Notes: generated from the letters alone by a model not told the origin. Shown: positions 31,125 to 41,220, counted from the first letter of the stretch. The stretch is DNA of 64,000 nucleotides from an uncultured Chloroflexia bacterium (GCA_963700285.1 CAVOXA010000010.1:160001-224000), one strand, 5' to 3'. Numbers and translations: made by a program.

Positions 31125-32229
31125 ATGGCTGAAGTCCGCGTTGAGTATATGTGCAAGCTGTTCGGTCAAGTCAAGGCACTAGACGAGGTTAGCTGCACAT
31201 TTGAGGATGGCCAACTCACAGTGCTGGTTGGGCCGTCCGGCTGCGGCAAAACGACCCTGCTCCGCTCAATCGCGGGGCTGGAGGAGCCCTCAAGCGGCTC
31301 GATCTACATCGGTGAAGAGAACGTCGACGGCGCTCCCGCCTGGGAGCGCGATCTGGCCATGGTGTTTCAGAGCTACGCGCTCTATCCTCATATGTCCGTC
31401 TATAAGAACATCGCTTTCCCGTTGCAGGCTACAAAGACCCCCAAGGATGAGATCAAGTACTCGCGTACACAACACAGCCAGAATCCTTCAGATCGAGAAG
31501 CTGCTTGAGAGAAAGCCACGGGAGCTGTCAGGTGGGCAGATGCAAAGGGTTGCCCTCGGGCGGGCAATCGTTCGTGAACCTGCCGTTTTTCTGATGGACG
31601 AACCCCTCTCCAACCTGGATGCCAAACTGCGGGTGATCATGAGGGCCGAACTCAGGCACTTGCAGCAGCAGCTCGGCGTCACCACCATCTATGTCACCCA
31701 CGACCAGGCGGAGGCCATGACTCTGGCCGACAAACTGATTGTGATGAACGATGGCTGCATACAGCAGGTCGGAAAACCCGAAGACGTCTATCGCTACCCG
31801 CAGAACAAGTTCGTGGCCGGCTTTATTGGCAGCCCCCCAATGAACTTTATCGACTGCCGATTGGACACGGCCCAAAATGCCTTGATCAGTGACCTCATGG
31901 AACGCAAGCTTGATCCCAATGTGGTCCAAGCTGCGACCACACAGGGCTCCAACGAACGGATCCTCGGAGTGAGGCCCGAGGACCTGACTGCAGAGCCAAC
32001 GCCATCCCCGGGTGCCATACAAGGCAAAGTCTACGTAATGGAACAGCTGGGGAGAGAGATATTGCTCAACGCCATGGTCGGTGACGAGATGGTCAGGGCT
32101 TTTGTACCGGCAGACTCGGAGTTCGAAGCTGAGCAGCAGGTATGGCTTACTTTCCATGACGAGAGCCTCCATATTTTCGACGGCGATTCCGAGGAGACTC
32201 TCTATTCCGGCAACCGGGTGCCAGCCTAG
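31125..32229 (+). CDS. MalK-type ABC ATPase (frameshift ~31457)
   Basis: GPSGCGKTT, LSGGQMQR, LMDEPLSNLDAKLR and YVTHDQ. Confidence 0.92.
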
Positions 32230-32412
32230 CGCCTTAGGGCGGGAATCGTACACTGGTTGCGGACCAATTCACACAGTGATTTGGCGGTTGGGCAACAAGA
32301 ATCCGAAGCGTGGAGGGACTTGGCGCCACCCGCACCAGAAACTCCAGATATAGCGCTAGCGCTCCAGCCATTGTACCCATTCCAGTCTGTTCAGGAAGGA
32401 AGGAGTGGACCC

Positions 32413-33766
32413 ATGAATATTGTCATGATTATCTCGGACACTTTTCGTCGAGACCATTTGGGCTGCTATGGCAATCCCTGGATCCATACGCCGCATCTCG
32501 ACCGGCTCGCCGAGCAGTCCATCGTCTTTGACCAAGCCTATGCAGCTTCATTTCCCACCGTACCCCATCGCGCCGACGTGTTGACCGGCAAGTACAACTT
32601 TACCTACCTGGGATGGCAACCTCTTCCCCAGAGCGAGATCACCCTGCCCCAAGTACTGAGTGCGGCGGGCTACAGCACCATGGGCATCGTCGATACACCT
32701 TTCTACATGAGAAACGGCTACGGCTATGATCGTGGTTTTGCGAGACTTTGACTTTGTTCGAGGACAGAACTACATGTCGCCGACGTGGGAAGACGCGATC
32801 CAGGACCGCCGTCATGAAGCGGACTATTTTGCCCCGGCCACGATGGCTCGCGCCGAACAATGGCTGGAAAGGCACTACAAGGAGCGATTCTTCCTGTTGG
32901 TGGATGCTTGGGATCCTCACGAGCCTTGGGACCCACCGGACTACTATGCGGCGCTGTACGACGGCTACGATGGCAAGCCCGCCCACTGGCCCTGTTACTG
33001 GGACTGGCAGGAGGCAGGGCTCACCGAACAGGATGTCATGAGAGCACACGCCGCCTATTGTGGCGAAATCACCATGGTCGACCGCTCGGTCGGCCGGCTC
33101 CTGGAACGACTCGAGTCTCTGGGGCTGCTGGAGGACACGGCCATCATCTTTACCTCGGACCATGGGCACTATTTTGGGGAACACGGACTGTTTGGCAAAG
33201 CCATGCAGAGAGACGAACATGGTTTCAACACGGACACCTTTGCCCCAGGGCGGTGGTACCGTTCCCCTCTCTTTGATGAGGTGACACGAGTGCCACTCCT
33301 CATTTCCCTTCCACAGAGAGAACCCGGTCGCCTGGACGCCCTGGTCTCCTCGCCGGACTTGATGCCGACGATCCTGGATCTGGTAGGGATAGAGGTACCC
33401 GAGAGCGTCCAGAGTGCCTCGCTGGTACCGCTGATCCATGGTGACCTGGAAGGTGTCCACGATTTGGTTGTCACTTCCTGGCCCTTGTACATCCCCGGGC
33501 AGACGATTCGGGTCGTGGACGACCTGCAACGAGGAGTCGTGGAACCATTGCCGAGTACCATCACCGATGGTGAGTGGGCCCTGCATTTTGCCGTTGAAGG
33601 TGCTCCAGTGGAACTGTACCATACGGCATCAGATCCCGAACAGCAGGAGAACTGCTATCGTGAAAACGAAACAATCGCCAGGGATCTGCACACGAGATTT
33701 GTCAAGTTCCTGGAGGAGATGGGTACTGAGGAAGGGCGTATCGCCCCTCGTAGACGGCTGGCGTAG
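32413..33766 (+). CDS. sulfatase-like hydrolase (alkaline phosphatase superfamily; frameshift ~32737)
   Basis: MIISDTFRRDHLGCYG, SFPTVPHRADVLTG, DPHEPWDPP and FTSDHG. Confidence 0.88.
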
Positions 33767-33851
33767 TGATGGTTGTCAGTTACGCCAGAGGTTCGCGGGG
33801 AACGCAGATCAAGACCGAGATTGGTCCCGGATCTGACCAGAGGATAGCACT

Positions 33852-35261
33852 ATGAGGAGCCAGCGAACCGCTCCCACTGCGGTCGACCTTCTTGTTCAGC
33901 ATGGTACGGTGGTCACTATGGACCCGGCCAAGACCATTCTGTACGACGGCGCTGTGGCCATCGACAGCGGGCGCATCGTGGCCATTGGACCAGAGGATGA
34001 GATCCTGGGCCGCTATGTTGGCCTGAAGACGATCAACGCTGGTGAGAAAGCGGTACTGCCGGGCCTGATTGATACCCACCATCATTTCCTACAAAATTTC
34101 CTGAAAGGCGCGCGGGACGACCTGCCCTTTGTGGAATGGATCGCTCAGATATCTTCTCCTCTCATCAGCCTCGCCATTCAGGACTATTTGGACGGCAGCT
34201 ATGAACTCCAGCGGCAGGCGACGCGCTTGGGCTGCACGGAAGCACTGCTATCGGGGATTACGACCATTCTCAACATGGAATGGGCCACAGCACCCCAAAT
34301 CGTCGATGTATACGAACAAGCCGGCTTGCGGGTTGTCCACACATTGTACTTGACCGACGTCGACCAGTGGGGCAGTCCGGGGATGCTCTTGCCCATCGAT
34401 GCCACCATGGACCTGGCTGACAGGCTAATCAGACGCTGCAGCGAGTCTGACGGCGGCCGTGTCACATTTCGCTACGGCCCAGCTTGCGAGAACTCGGCCA
34501 GTACTGGTCTCCTCGGCGAGATCCGGTCGCTGGCGGATGAGAACCATGTTGGCATCCACATCCACGTTGCCGAGAGCCAGTTCGGCTGGGACAATATCCA
34601 CCAACTGCATAACAAAACCCCCGTCGAATACTTGCGCGACATCGGGTTCTTGGGCCCCGACGTATTGGGCGCTCACTGCATATGGCTTTCCGACAACGAT
34701 ATCCAGATTCTCAAAGACAGCGGCGCCTCGGTATCTTATAGCCCCGAATGCCACATGAAGCTGGCACTGGGGGTCGCACCGATCGTGAAAATGCTGGAAG
34801 CGGGAGTGCCCGTATCATTGGCCACCGACACCTGTGCGGTCAATGACAACATGGATATCTTTGAGGCGATGCGGGCCGGCGCCTTCCTGCAAAAGATCTC
34901 TACCATGGATCCGTCCGTCCTGCCCGCCTACCAGGCTCTGGAAATGGCTACCATGGGAGGGGCAGTGTCATTGGGTATGGCCGGCGACATTGGTTCCCTA
35001 GAGGTCGGGAAGAAGGCGGATCTCATACTTGTGGACCTAAGCGGCACGCACATGCAGCCCATCAACAATCTCATCAACAACCTGGTCTATTGCGCTAGCG
35101 CCGCCAGCGACGTCAAGACCGTGATTGTGGATGGCCGGATTATCGTCGAAGAGGGAACACTGCTGTCCTGGGGCGAAGGCCAGGTCGTCGCCGAGGCTCT
35201 GGAGTATGCCAACAGCCGGTTTCGAGAAGCGCGCCTGCCCGTATCGGCCTACTATCAGTAG
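33852..35261 (+). CDS. amidohydrolase, MtaD/AtzB-type heterocycle deaminase family (copy 2)
   Basis: PGLIDTHHHFLQNFLKG, HIHVAE and SLATD..VNDNMD; clear paralogue of 13749-15149. Confidence 0.9.
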   Translation: MRSQRTAPTAVDLLVQHGTVVTMDPAKTILYDGAVAIDSGRIVAIGPEDEILGRYVGLKTINAGEKAVLPGLIDTHHHFLQNFLKGARDDLPFVEWIAQISSPLISLAIQDYLDGSYELQRQATRLGCTEALLSGITTILNMEWATAPQIVDVYEQAGLRVVHTLYLTDVDQWGSPGMLLPIDATMDLADRLIRRCSESDGGRVTFRYGPACENSASTGLLGEIRSLADENHVGIHIHVAESQFGWDNIHQLHNKTPVEYLRDIGFLGPDVLGAHCIWLSDNDIQILKDSGASVSYSPECHMKLALGVAPIVKMLEAGVPVSLATDTCAVNDNMDIFEAMRAGAFLQKISTMDPSVLPAYQALEMATMGGAVSLGMAGDIGSLEVGKKADLILVDLSGTHMQPINNLINNLVYCASAASDVKTVIVDGRIIVEEGTLLSWGEGQVVAEALEYANSRFREARLPVSAYYQ

Positions 35262-35297
35262 CCTAGCACACTGGATATACGGAGGAGAGAAGCAACA

Positions 35298-36548
35298 ATG
35301 GAGACAACACCCACCGATCTTTACCAAAAAAGAGCGCAGCGAGTGGAAGCGGCGGTTCGCCTGCAGGTTCCGGATCGCGTTCCCTTTTTCCTTTTCTCCG
35401 GCTATCTTCCATGCCGTTATGTTGGCATGCCACTTCAAGAGGCCCACCATGATAGCGACCGCTACTTTTCTGCCTGCAAGCAGCTAACACTCGACCTGGC
35501 ACCCGACATATACTTTAACGCCGGCAGCCCTGTCAAAACCGCGGGCGCTGCCCTTGAGGCCCTTGAGATGAAACAGATCAAGTGGCCCGGGCATGGCATC
35601 CCGCCTGACTCCCCATTTCAATACATCGATGCCGACTGGGTACAGGCCGATGAGGTCGAAACACTGCTGGCGGATCCTTCCGACTATACCATCCGTACTT
35701 ATTTGCCCCGCATCTATGGCGCCCTGCAGGGGTTTGGTAGCCTGCCGCCCTTGAGTTGGATGCTGATGGGCTATGTGACTACCGGACTGGCCTCGGCCGT
35801 GACCATGCCGGCTGTGGCCAGTGCTCTGGAAGCTCTGGCCGTTGCGGGCCGGGCGGCGGCTGACTGGGCCGTGGGCGAAGCCAAACTGGATCAGGAACTC
35901 GCGTCCCTGGGTTTCCCTGTGCTAGCGGGTTCGGGAACCCTTGCTCCTCTCGATTTGGTGGGCATCATCCGCGGCTCGCGGGGGATGATGCTCGATATGT
36001 ATCGCCAGCCCGACAAGCTGCTCGCCCTGAACGAGAAGCTGTTGCCCATCACCATCGATACGGCCCTGGCTCTGGCACAGATGAGCGGTAACCCACGGGT
36101 TTTTATGGCCATCAACCGCGGGGCCGATGGATTAATGAGCCTCGAGCACTTTAAGACCTTCTACTGGCCCGGCTTCAAAGACGTGGTCTTGGCACTGACT
36201 GATGCAGGATTGACGCCCGTTATCCATTTCCAGGGCTGTTTCGACACCCGGATGGAGTATTTCACCGAGTTTCCCAAAGGCAAGGTCATCGGCCTCTTTG
36301 ATCAATCCGACATGTTCCGAGCCAAAGAGATCTTGGGCAAGACGATGTGCATTGCCGGAAACATGCCCATCTCTCTGCTTCACACGGGACCAGTGGACGA
36401 GGTCAAGGCCTATGCCCAAAAGCTCATCGATGTTGTGGGCAAGGACGGCGGCTTTATCATGTCCTCGAATACAGTTCTGGACGATGCGGATCCTTATCTT
36501 GTCAAGGTTTGGTTGGACTTTACGAAAGAGTATGGAGTCTACAGCTGA
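35298..36548 (+). CDS. uroporphyrinogen decarboxylase/MtaA-CmuA-fold protein
   Basis: PDRVPF, RGSRGMMLDMYRQPDKL, FKTFYWP, CIAGNMP and GKDGGFIM. Confidence 0.82.
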   Translation: METTPTDLYQKRAQRVEAAVRLQVPDRVPFFLFSGYLPCRYVGMPLQEAHHDSDRYFSACKQLTLDLAPDIYFNAGSPVKTAGAALEALEMKQIKWPGHGIPPDSPFQYIDADWVQADEVETLLADPSDYTIRTYLPRIYGALQGFGSLPPLSWMLMGYVTTGLASAVTMPAVASALEALAVAGRAAADWAVGEAKLDQELASLGFPVLAGSGTLAPLDLVGIIRGSRGMMLDMYRQPDKLLALNEKLLPITIDTALALAQMSGNPRVFMAINRGADGLMSLEHFKTFYWPGFKDVVLALTDAGLTPVIHFQGCFDTRMEYFTEFPKGKVIGLFDQSDMFRAKEILGKTMCIAGNMPISLLHTGPVDEVKAYAQKLIDVVGKDGGFIMSSNTVLDDADPYLVKVWLDFTKEYGVYS

Positions 36549-36616
36549 ATCAGTGTGAGTAGAGTAGCCATACCACACTGATGCTGTCGATTGTGACTTG
36601 CATCACAAGATAGAGC

Positions 36617-36652
36617 TTGATAGCCGTACGGATCTATGCTATACTGTACGGC
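36617..36652 (+). promoter_or_regulatory. TA promoter with overlapping inverted-repeat operator
   Basis: TTGATA-17 nt-TATACT; GCCGTAC (36623) and GTACGGC (36646) flank the -10. Confidence 0.65.
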
Positions 36653-36664
36653 AGAAGGGCTCAC

Positions 36665-36904
36665 ATGGAGAAAACCAAGCTAACTGTGCGTGTTCCACGG
36701 GATCTACTCGATGATGCCAAGCGCTACGCCAGGGAGAACAACACGACCCTTACCCGTCTGGTGTCGGAATACCTGCGCAGGTTGGGCACTCGGGATATTC
36801 TCCTGGCCGATGCGCCAATTGTCCGCCGTCTCACGGGCATCTTGCCTCTCGAAGCTTCAGTAGAAGAGTACCACGAGTACTTGGAAGGGAAATATGGCGG
36901 CTGA
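36665..36904 (+). CDS. ribbon-helix-helix antitoxin (DUF6364-like)
   Basis: KTKLTVRV...AKRYA...TLTRLVSEYL...VRRLTGIL...YLEGKY; overlaps the PIN gene. Confidence 0.8.
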   Translation: MEKTKLTVRVPRDLLDDAKRYARENNTTLTRLVSEYLRRLGTRDILLADAPIVRRLTGILPLEASVEEYHEYLEGKYGG

Positions 36905-37097
36905 CGTCAAGGCACTGATCGACCTCAATGTGATCCTCGACGTGCTGCAGCGGCGAGAGCCGTTCTATGATAGGTCAGTACAGATCCTCGCTCTCGCCGA
37001 GATGGGCCAGATAGAGGGCTGGGTTGCTGCCCACAGCCTTATAACGCTTTTCTACATCATGGCAAAGCATCAAACAACAGAGCAAGCCCGTACCTAA
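36894..37097 (+). pseudogene. truncated PIN-domain (VapC-like) toxin
   Basis: ALIDLNVILDVL..REPF N-terminus; stops after 67 aa, about half of a PIN domain, immediately before a terminator. Confidence 0.7.
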
Positions 37098-37099
37098 AG

Positions 37100-37127
37100 A
37101 ACAGCCCCTTCCGTTGAAGGGGCTGTT
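37100..37127. terminator. bidirectional intrinsic terminator
   Basis: AACAGCCCCTTC-cgtt-GAAGGGGCTGTT between convergent genes. Confidence 0.8.
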
Positions 37128-37154
37128 GTGTTTCTGGCCCGAAACAATGTTGGC

Positions 37155-38420
37155 TTATTCCTCAGGCAGCGCATCCAGCAACTCGAGGGCCTTCAAAAGC
37201 TGCGTATCCTCGCCCTCCAGCAACTCCGTCACCGTCAGATCCTCCAGATCCCTGGGATAGAGGAGATCTGCCGTCATGGGCAGGTCAACAGTGATGTCCG
37301 GCTCGATGCCCTGCTTGCGGATCAGGCGACCATCGGCCGTCAGCCACTGGCTGGTACCGAGCATCAGAGCCGATCCATCTTCCAGGACAAAGGGCTCCAG
37401 CACGGTTCCGGTTCCGAATGTGGTCTCGCCTACCACCAAACCCCGCTCATGGTCCTGGATGGCCCCGGCAAAGATCTCTGACGAACTAGCCGAACCCTCG
37501 TTGACCAGGAGAACCATGGGGATGTCCAGCGCCACACCACCCCGCTTGTCAGGATAGGGCGTGCGGTTGCCGTGGGCATCCTCCTGCTGGAGCACATTGC
37601 CGCCCTCCACGAACTCGCTGGTCACCTTGATAACCTGTTCCAGGAGCCCGCCGGGGTTGTTGCGCAGATCTACGACAAGGCTGGTTGCGCCGGTGGCTTC
37701 CGCCTCGCGGATGGCATTGACGATCTGCTTGCTGGCGTTGGCGTTGAACTGGCTCAAGCGTACCATGGCGACCTCTGTACCGGGGATCATGGCCCAGGTA
37801 GCCGCCGGAATGGTGATCTCGCCACGGACGATGGTGATCTCTGGGCTCTCATTTACCTCGGGGCGCAGGACCGTCAGGACCACCTCGGTCCCAGCTTCGC
37901 CGCGGATAACCTCTACGATGTCGTTGATGGTCCAAGTTGTGACGTCCTCACCGTCCACTTCCATGATGATATCGCCGGCCAAAATACCGGCCTCCTCTGC
38001 AGGCGAGCCCTCAAAGGGAGAGACGATGATGGGCAAACCGTTTTCCATGCCTACATAGGCGCCAATCCCCTGAAACTTGCCCGAGATGTCTGTACGCTGC
38101 CGGGTCAATTCCTCCGGCGTCATAAAGGTCGTGTGTCCTTCGTCTCCCAGGGCCTGGAGCATACCCCGGATGGCCCCATATTCAAGGTCCGTCTCTTCCA
38201 GCGCCTCGCGGTCGACGAATTCTTCCTGGACGATCTGCCACGCCTGCCAGAAGGTGTCAAAGTCGACCTCGCCCTCTATCCCAGACGCGGTTGCAGGGGC
38301 TGCGCTTGCCGCTTTGGCGCCCAGCCCTGTCTGTCCCAGGATAATCCCTGCTCCAAAGGCTGTGGTAGTAAGCATCAAGACAACGACAGCAATGATTACA
38401 ATGATGAGCGCTCGTTTCAT
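37155..38420 (-). CDS. S41 (CtpA-like) carboxyl-terminal protease with PDZ domain
   Basis: Signal/anchor MKRALII, FQGIGA, DLRNNPGG, SASSSEI, TFGTG and GIEPD. Confidence 0.92.
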   Translation of the reverse strand: MKRALIIVIIAVVVLMLTTTAFGAGIILGQTGLGAKAASAAPATASGIEGEVDFDTFWQAWQIVQEEFVDREALEETDLEYGAIRGMLQALGDEGHTTFMTPEELTRQRTDISGKFQGIGAYVGMENGLPIIVSPFEGSPAEEAGILAGDIIMEVDGEDVTTWTINDIVEVIRGEAGTEVVLTVLRPEVNESPEITIVRGEITIPAATWAMIPGTEVAMVRLSQFNANASKQIVNAIREAEATGATSLVVDLRNNPGGLLEQVIKVTSEFVEGGNVLQQEDAHGNRTPYPDKRGGVALDIPMVLLVNEGSASSSEIFAGAIQDHERGLVVGETTFGTGTVLEPFVLEDGSALMLGTSQWLTADGRLIRKQGIEPDITVDLPMTADLLYPRDLEDLTVTELLEGEDTQLLKALELLDALPEE

Positions 38421-38601
38421 CGTACCATCCCTTTCCAAACACAATATGCTCGAGAGGACTGGTGGTCCTCCCAGAAAAGCCTTGACGACATTCGCCCCGG
38501 CGATTGGCGGCTGCGACCGCCACCACTGGCGCGAATGAAAGGCAGTGATTTCAATTTCGGTCCAACTCTGCCACCACAGAATAGCACAATGGGGCGGCAA
38601 C

Positions 38602-38644
38602 CGTCTTTAAGCCACCTTTGTGGCAACCTTATGATGACCTTAAG
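38602..38644 (-). promoter_or_regulatory. putative OmpR-family direct-repeat binding site upstream of the S41 protease
   Basis: Minus strand CTTAAG-gtcat-CATAAG-N17-TTAAAGACG; same layout as at 61877-61918. Confidence 0.5.
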
Positions 38645-38705
38645 CCGGGCTTGACAGATCTTACCGCTGCGCGAAGGCCTGCGGGAGGATCTTTTCGTAC
38701 AAAGG

Positions 38706-40169
38706 CTATTCATCAAGACCAAAACGCAAAGCCCTGGCTTCTGACACGCCGGAATGGAGGGAAGAGGACTGGGGAAGCAGGATAACAAAGCGACTGCCCT
38801 CACCGGGCGCGCTCTCCACCGTGAGCGTCCCGCCATGAGCCACGACCAGGTCCCGGGCAATGCTCAGACCCAGGCCCATGCCCTGGGGAAAACGTTTGTC
38901 ACGCTGGCTGCGGTAGAAGGGCTCGAAAATACGCTCCTGCTCAGAGGGTGCAATGCCGATACCGGAATCCACGACGTTGATGGCGACTTTTTCTGGCTTG
39001 GCCTCGGCTTCTATAGAAATGGTTCCTTCAGACGTGTACTTGATGGCGTTGCTCAGCAGGTTGCCCAACGCCTGGGCCAGACGGTCAGGGTCGATCTCGA
39101 CCGGAGGTAGCGAGTCGGGGATGTCTATCTCCCAATACAGGCCTTTGTCGTGGGCGGCCTGCCGCCAGGGGATCACGGCACGTGGCAGCCAGGCGCTGAG
39201 GGACACGGACTCGCGGTTCAACTCCAGGCTTCCCAAAACCTGCCCGTGCAGGTCAGCCAAGCTATCCACCAGGGGGCGCAGCCGTTGTACCTGGTCATCC
39301 ATGCCTTCTAGCAGCTCGCGACGTAGCGCTGGCTCCTCGTCGGCCCCGCCCAACAGGGCGTGGAGCGCTGACTGTACCGCCCCCAGGGGCCGTCCCAGTT
39401 CGTGCACCAGGTTCGCCAGCAGATGGCGCCGGGATTCCTCCAACAGTTTGAGCTGTTCAATCAGGGTGTTAAAAGCCCGCAATAGCATGCGGATCTCTTC
39501 TGGATCCTGCTCTGGAAGCGTCTTCCAGTGGCTCCCACTGGCCACGCCATAGATGCCATCCGTCACCCTCCGCAGCGAGCGCCCCAGGCTCAGGGCAAGG
39601 ACCAGACCAAGGATTACACCCAACACGAGACCTACAAGCAAGGTGCCCAAGATCAGACGGCGCAGACCGGTAAATCGTTCGTGGAGCTGAGACAAGCCCT
39701 GGGTCATATGCACAGCGCCCATGACCTCCTGATTGGGCCCCACCACCGGAACGAGGACTTGCACGATCTCGGCCTGCAGGCTCGTGCTATAGTTGACGTG
39801 TACCTCCCGCTCGCCAGCCAAGGCAGCGTACACATCCGCCAGGTCCGGTGTTTGGCTCAACTGCCCACCGCTGCCAGCTTTGCTGGCCGCCAGCAGGTTC
39901 CCATTCGCGTCATAGAGCATCACCTGGGACTGCGAACGGATGCTGTACAGCGTCACAAAGCGCTGGGCTTCGGCACTGTCCGCCCAGATCACGGGCTGGC
40001 CGCTGGCCATGTTGGCCGTCGTTGCACCCTGCGCCACCATCTCATCGGCCAGGCTGGTCAGTTGGCTCTGTGTCTCCAGGATATAGATCAAGGCCGCAGC
40101 CACCAAAGGAATCACCAACAACAGGGGCAGAATGTGGCTCAGGATGAGGCGGCCACGGAGGGTACGCAT
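38706..40169 (-). CDS. HAMP-containing sensor histidine kinase
   Basis: Two TMs, H-box LVHELGRPL, NLLSNAIKY, DSGIGI and GMGLGL. Confidence 0.93.
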   Translation of the reverse strand: MRTLRGRLILSHILPLLLVIPLVAAALIYILETQSQLTSLADEMVAQGATTANMASGQPVIWADSAEAQRFVTLYSIRSQSQVMLYDANGNLLAASKAGSGGQLSQTPDLADVYAALAGEREVHVNYSTSLQAEIVQVLVPVVGPNQEVMGAVHMTQGLSQLHERFTGLRRLILGTLLVGLVLGVILGLVLALSLGRSLRRVTDGIYGVASGSHWKTLPEQDPEEIRMLLRAFNTLIEQLKLLEESRRHLLANLVHELGRPLGAVQSALHALLGGADEEPALRRELLEGMDDQVQRLRPLVDSLADLHGQVLGSLELNRESVSLSAWLPRAVIPWRQAAHDKGLYWEIDIPDSLPPVEIDPDRLAQALGNLLSNAIKYTSEGTISIEAEAKPEKVAINVVDSGIGIAPSEQERIFEPFYRSQRDKRFPQGMGLGLSIARDLVVAHGGTLTVESAPGEGSRFVILLPQSSSLHSGVSEARALRFGLDE

Positions 40170-40174
40170 CGTGC

Positions 40175-40885
40175 TCAGACCTCTGCGCTGGCCGGCTGCG
40201 GTACCAGCTTGTAACCCACGCCGCGTACCGTGATGATACGCTGCGGGTATTTGGGCTCGCTCTCGATCTTTTCTCGCAGCCAGCGGATGTGAACATAGAC
40301 GACCTGAGGTTCGCCTACATATTCTGCGCCCCAGACCTGTGCCAGCAGATCATCCACCGATACGACGTCGCCGGCGCTGAGGGCCAGCGCATGGAGCAGC
40401 GAGAACTCGCGTGGAGCCAGCTCCAGCTTCTTGCCGGCCAACGTGACCACATGCGCCGCGGACTCGATGACGAGGTCTCCGACCTCGATCCGGTTGGCGG
40501 CGGGAGCTGACGCTTCTCCGCGCTCGGAGCGCCGCAGGACAGCCTTGATGCGGGCCAACAGCACGTTCACGTCGAAGGGCTTGGTCACATAATCATCCGC
40601 GCCCAGCTCCAGCCCCAATGCCTGGTCCAGCTCGCGCCGCCGGGCGGTCACAAAGATGATGGGCGTATTGGCTTCTTGCCGAAAGTTGCGCAAGGCATCC
40701 AGGCCGTCCATGCCCGGCAGGCCGATATCCAGAAGGATCAGATCAGGCGCGTCGCGGCGGGCCAGCCTCAGGGCATTTTCCGCGTCGGCTGCCGTGCTGG
40801 CCCGATAGCCGGCCTGTTCCAGATTATAGGCCAGACTGCGCCGCATCAGGGCATCGTCATCTACCAGCAGGATGTGTTTGGTCAT
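40175..40885 (-). CDS. OmpR-family response regulator
   Basis: LLVDDD, LLDIGLP, GADDYVTKPF and ITVRGVGY. Confidence 0.95.
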   Translation of the reverse strand: MTKHILLVDDDALMRRSLAYNLEQAGYRASTAADAENALRLARRDAPDLILLDIGLPGMDGLDALRNFRQEANTPIIFVTARRRELDQALGLELGADDYVTKPFDVNVLLARIKAVLRRSERGEASAPAANRIEVGDLVIESAAHVVTLAGKKLELAPREFSLLHALALSAGDVVSVDDLLAQVWGAEYVGEPQVVYVHIRWLREKIESEPKYPQRIITVRGVGYKLVPQPASAEV

Positions 40886-41220
40886 AGGTTCCGCCCGCTT
40901 CTCCTTGATACCTCGCTATTGTACTACAGAGCTGCATTTTTTGGAAGTTGATGCCAGACCACCACAGATTGCTCTGTACAAGGGTAATGGTCTACCAGCC
41001 CATGGCACGCAATCTGGAAATTAGCCGTTAGATCAAGGGGATCGGCCCAGGCAGAACATCGTGAGCGTAACCACGATCATCGGTAGGTTTGCGGCACCGG
41101 CAGGGATGGTGCAAAAAGATGGCCGATGAGATTCTGCCGCGTCCCGGCACGACCGCAGAAGGTTTCCGCGTCGCTACACCCAATGACCCGGGCCAAAGCC
41201 GATCAATTGCTCCTGCATAT

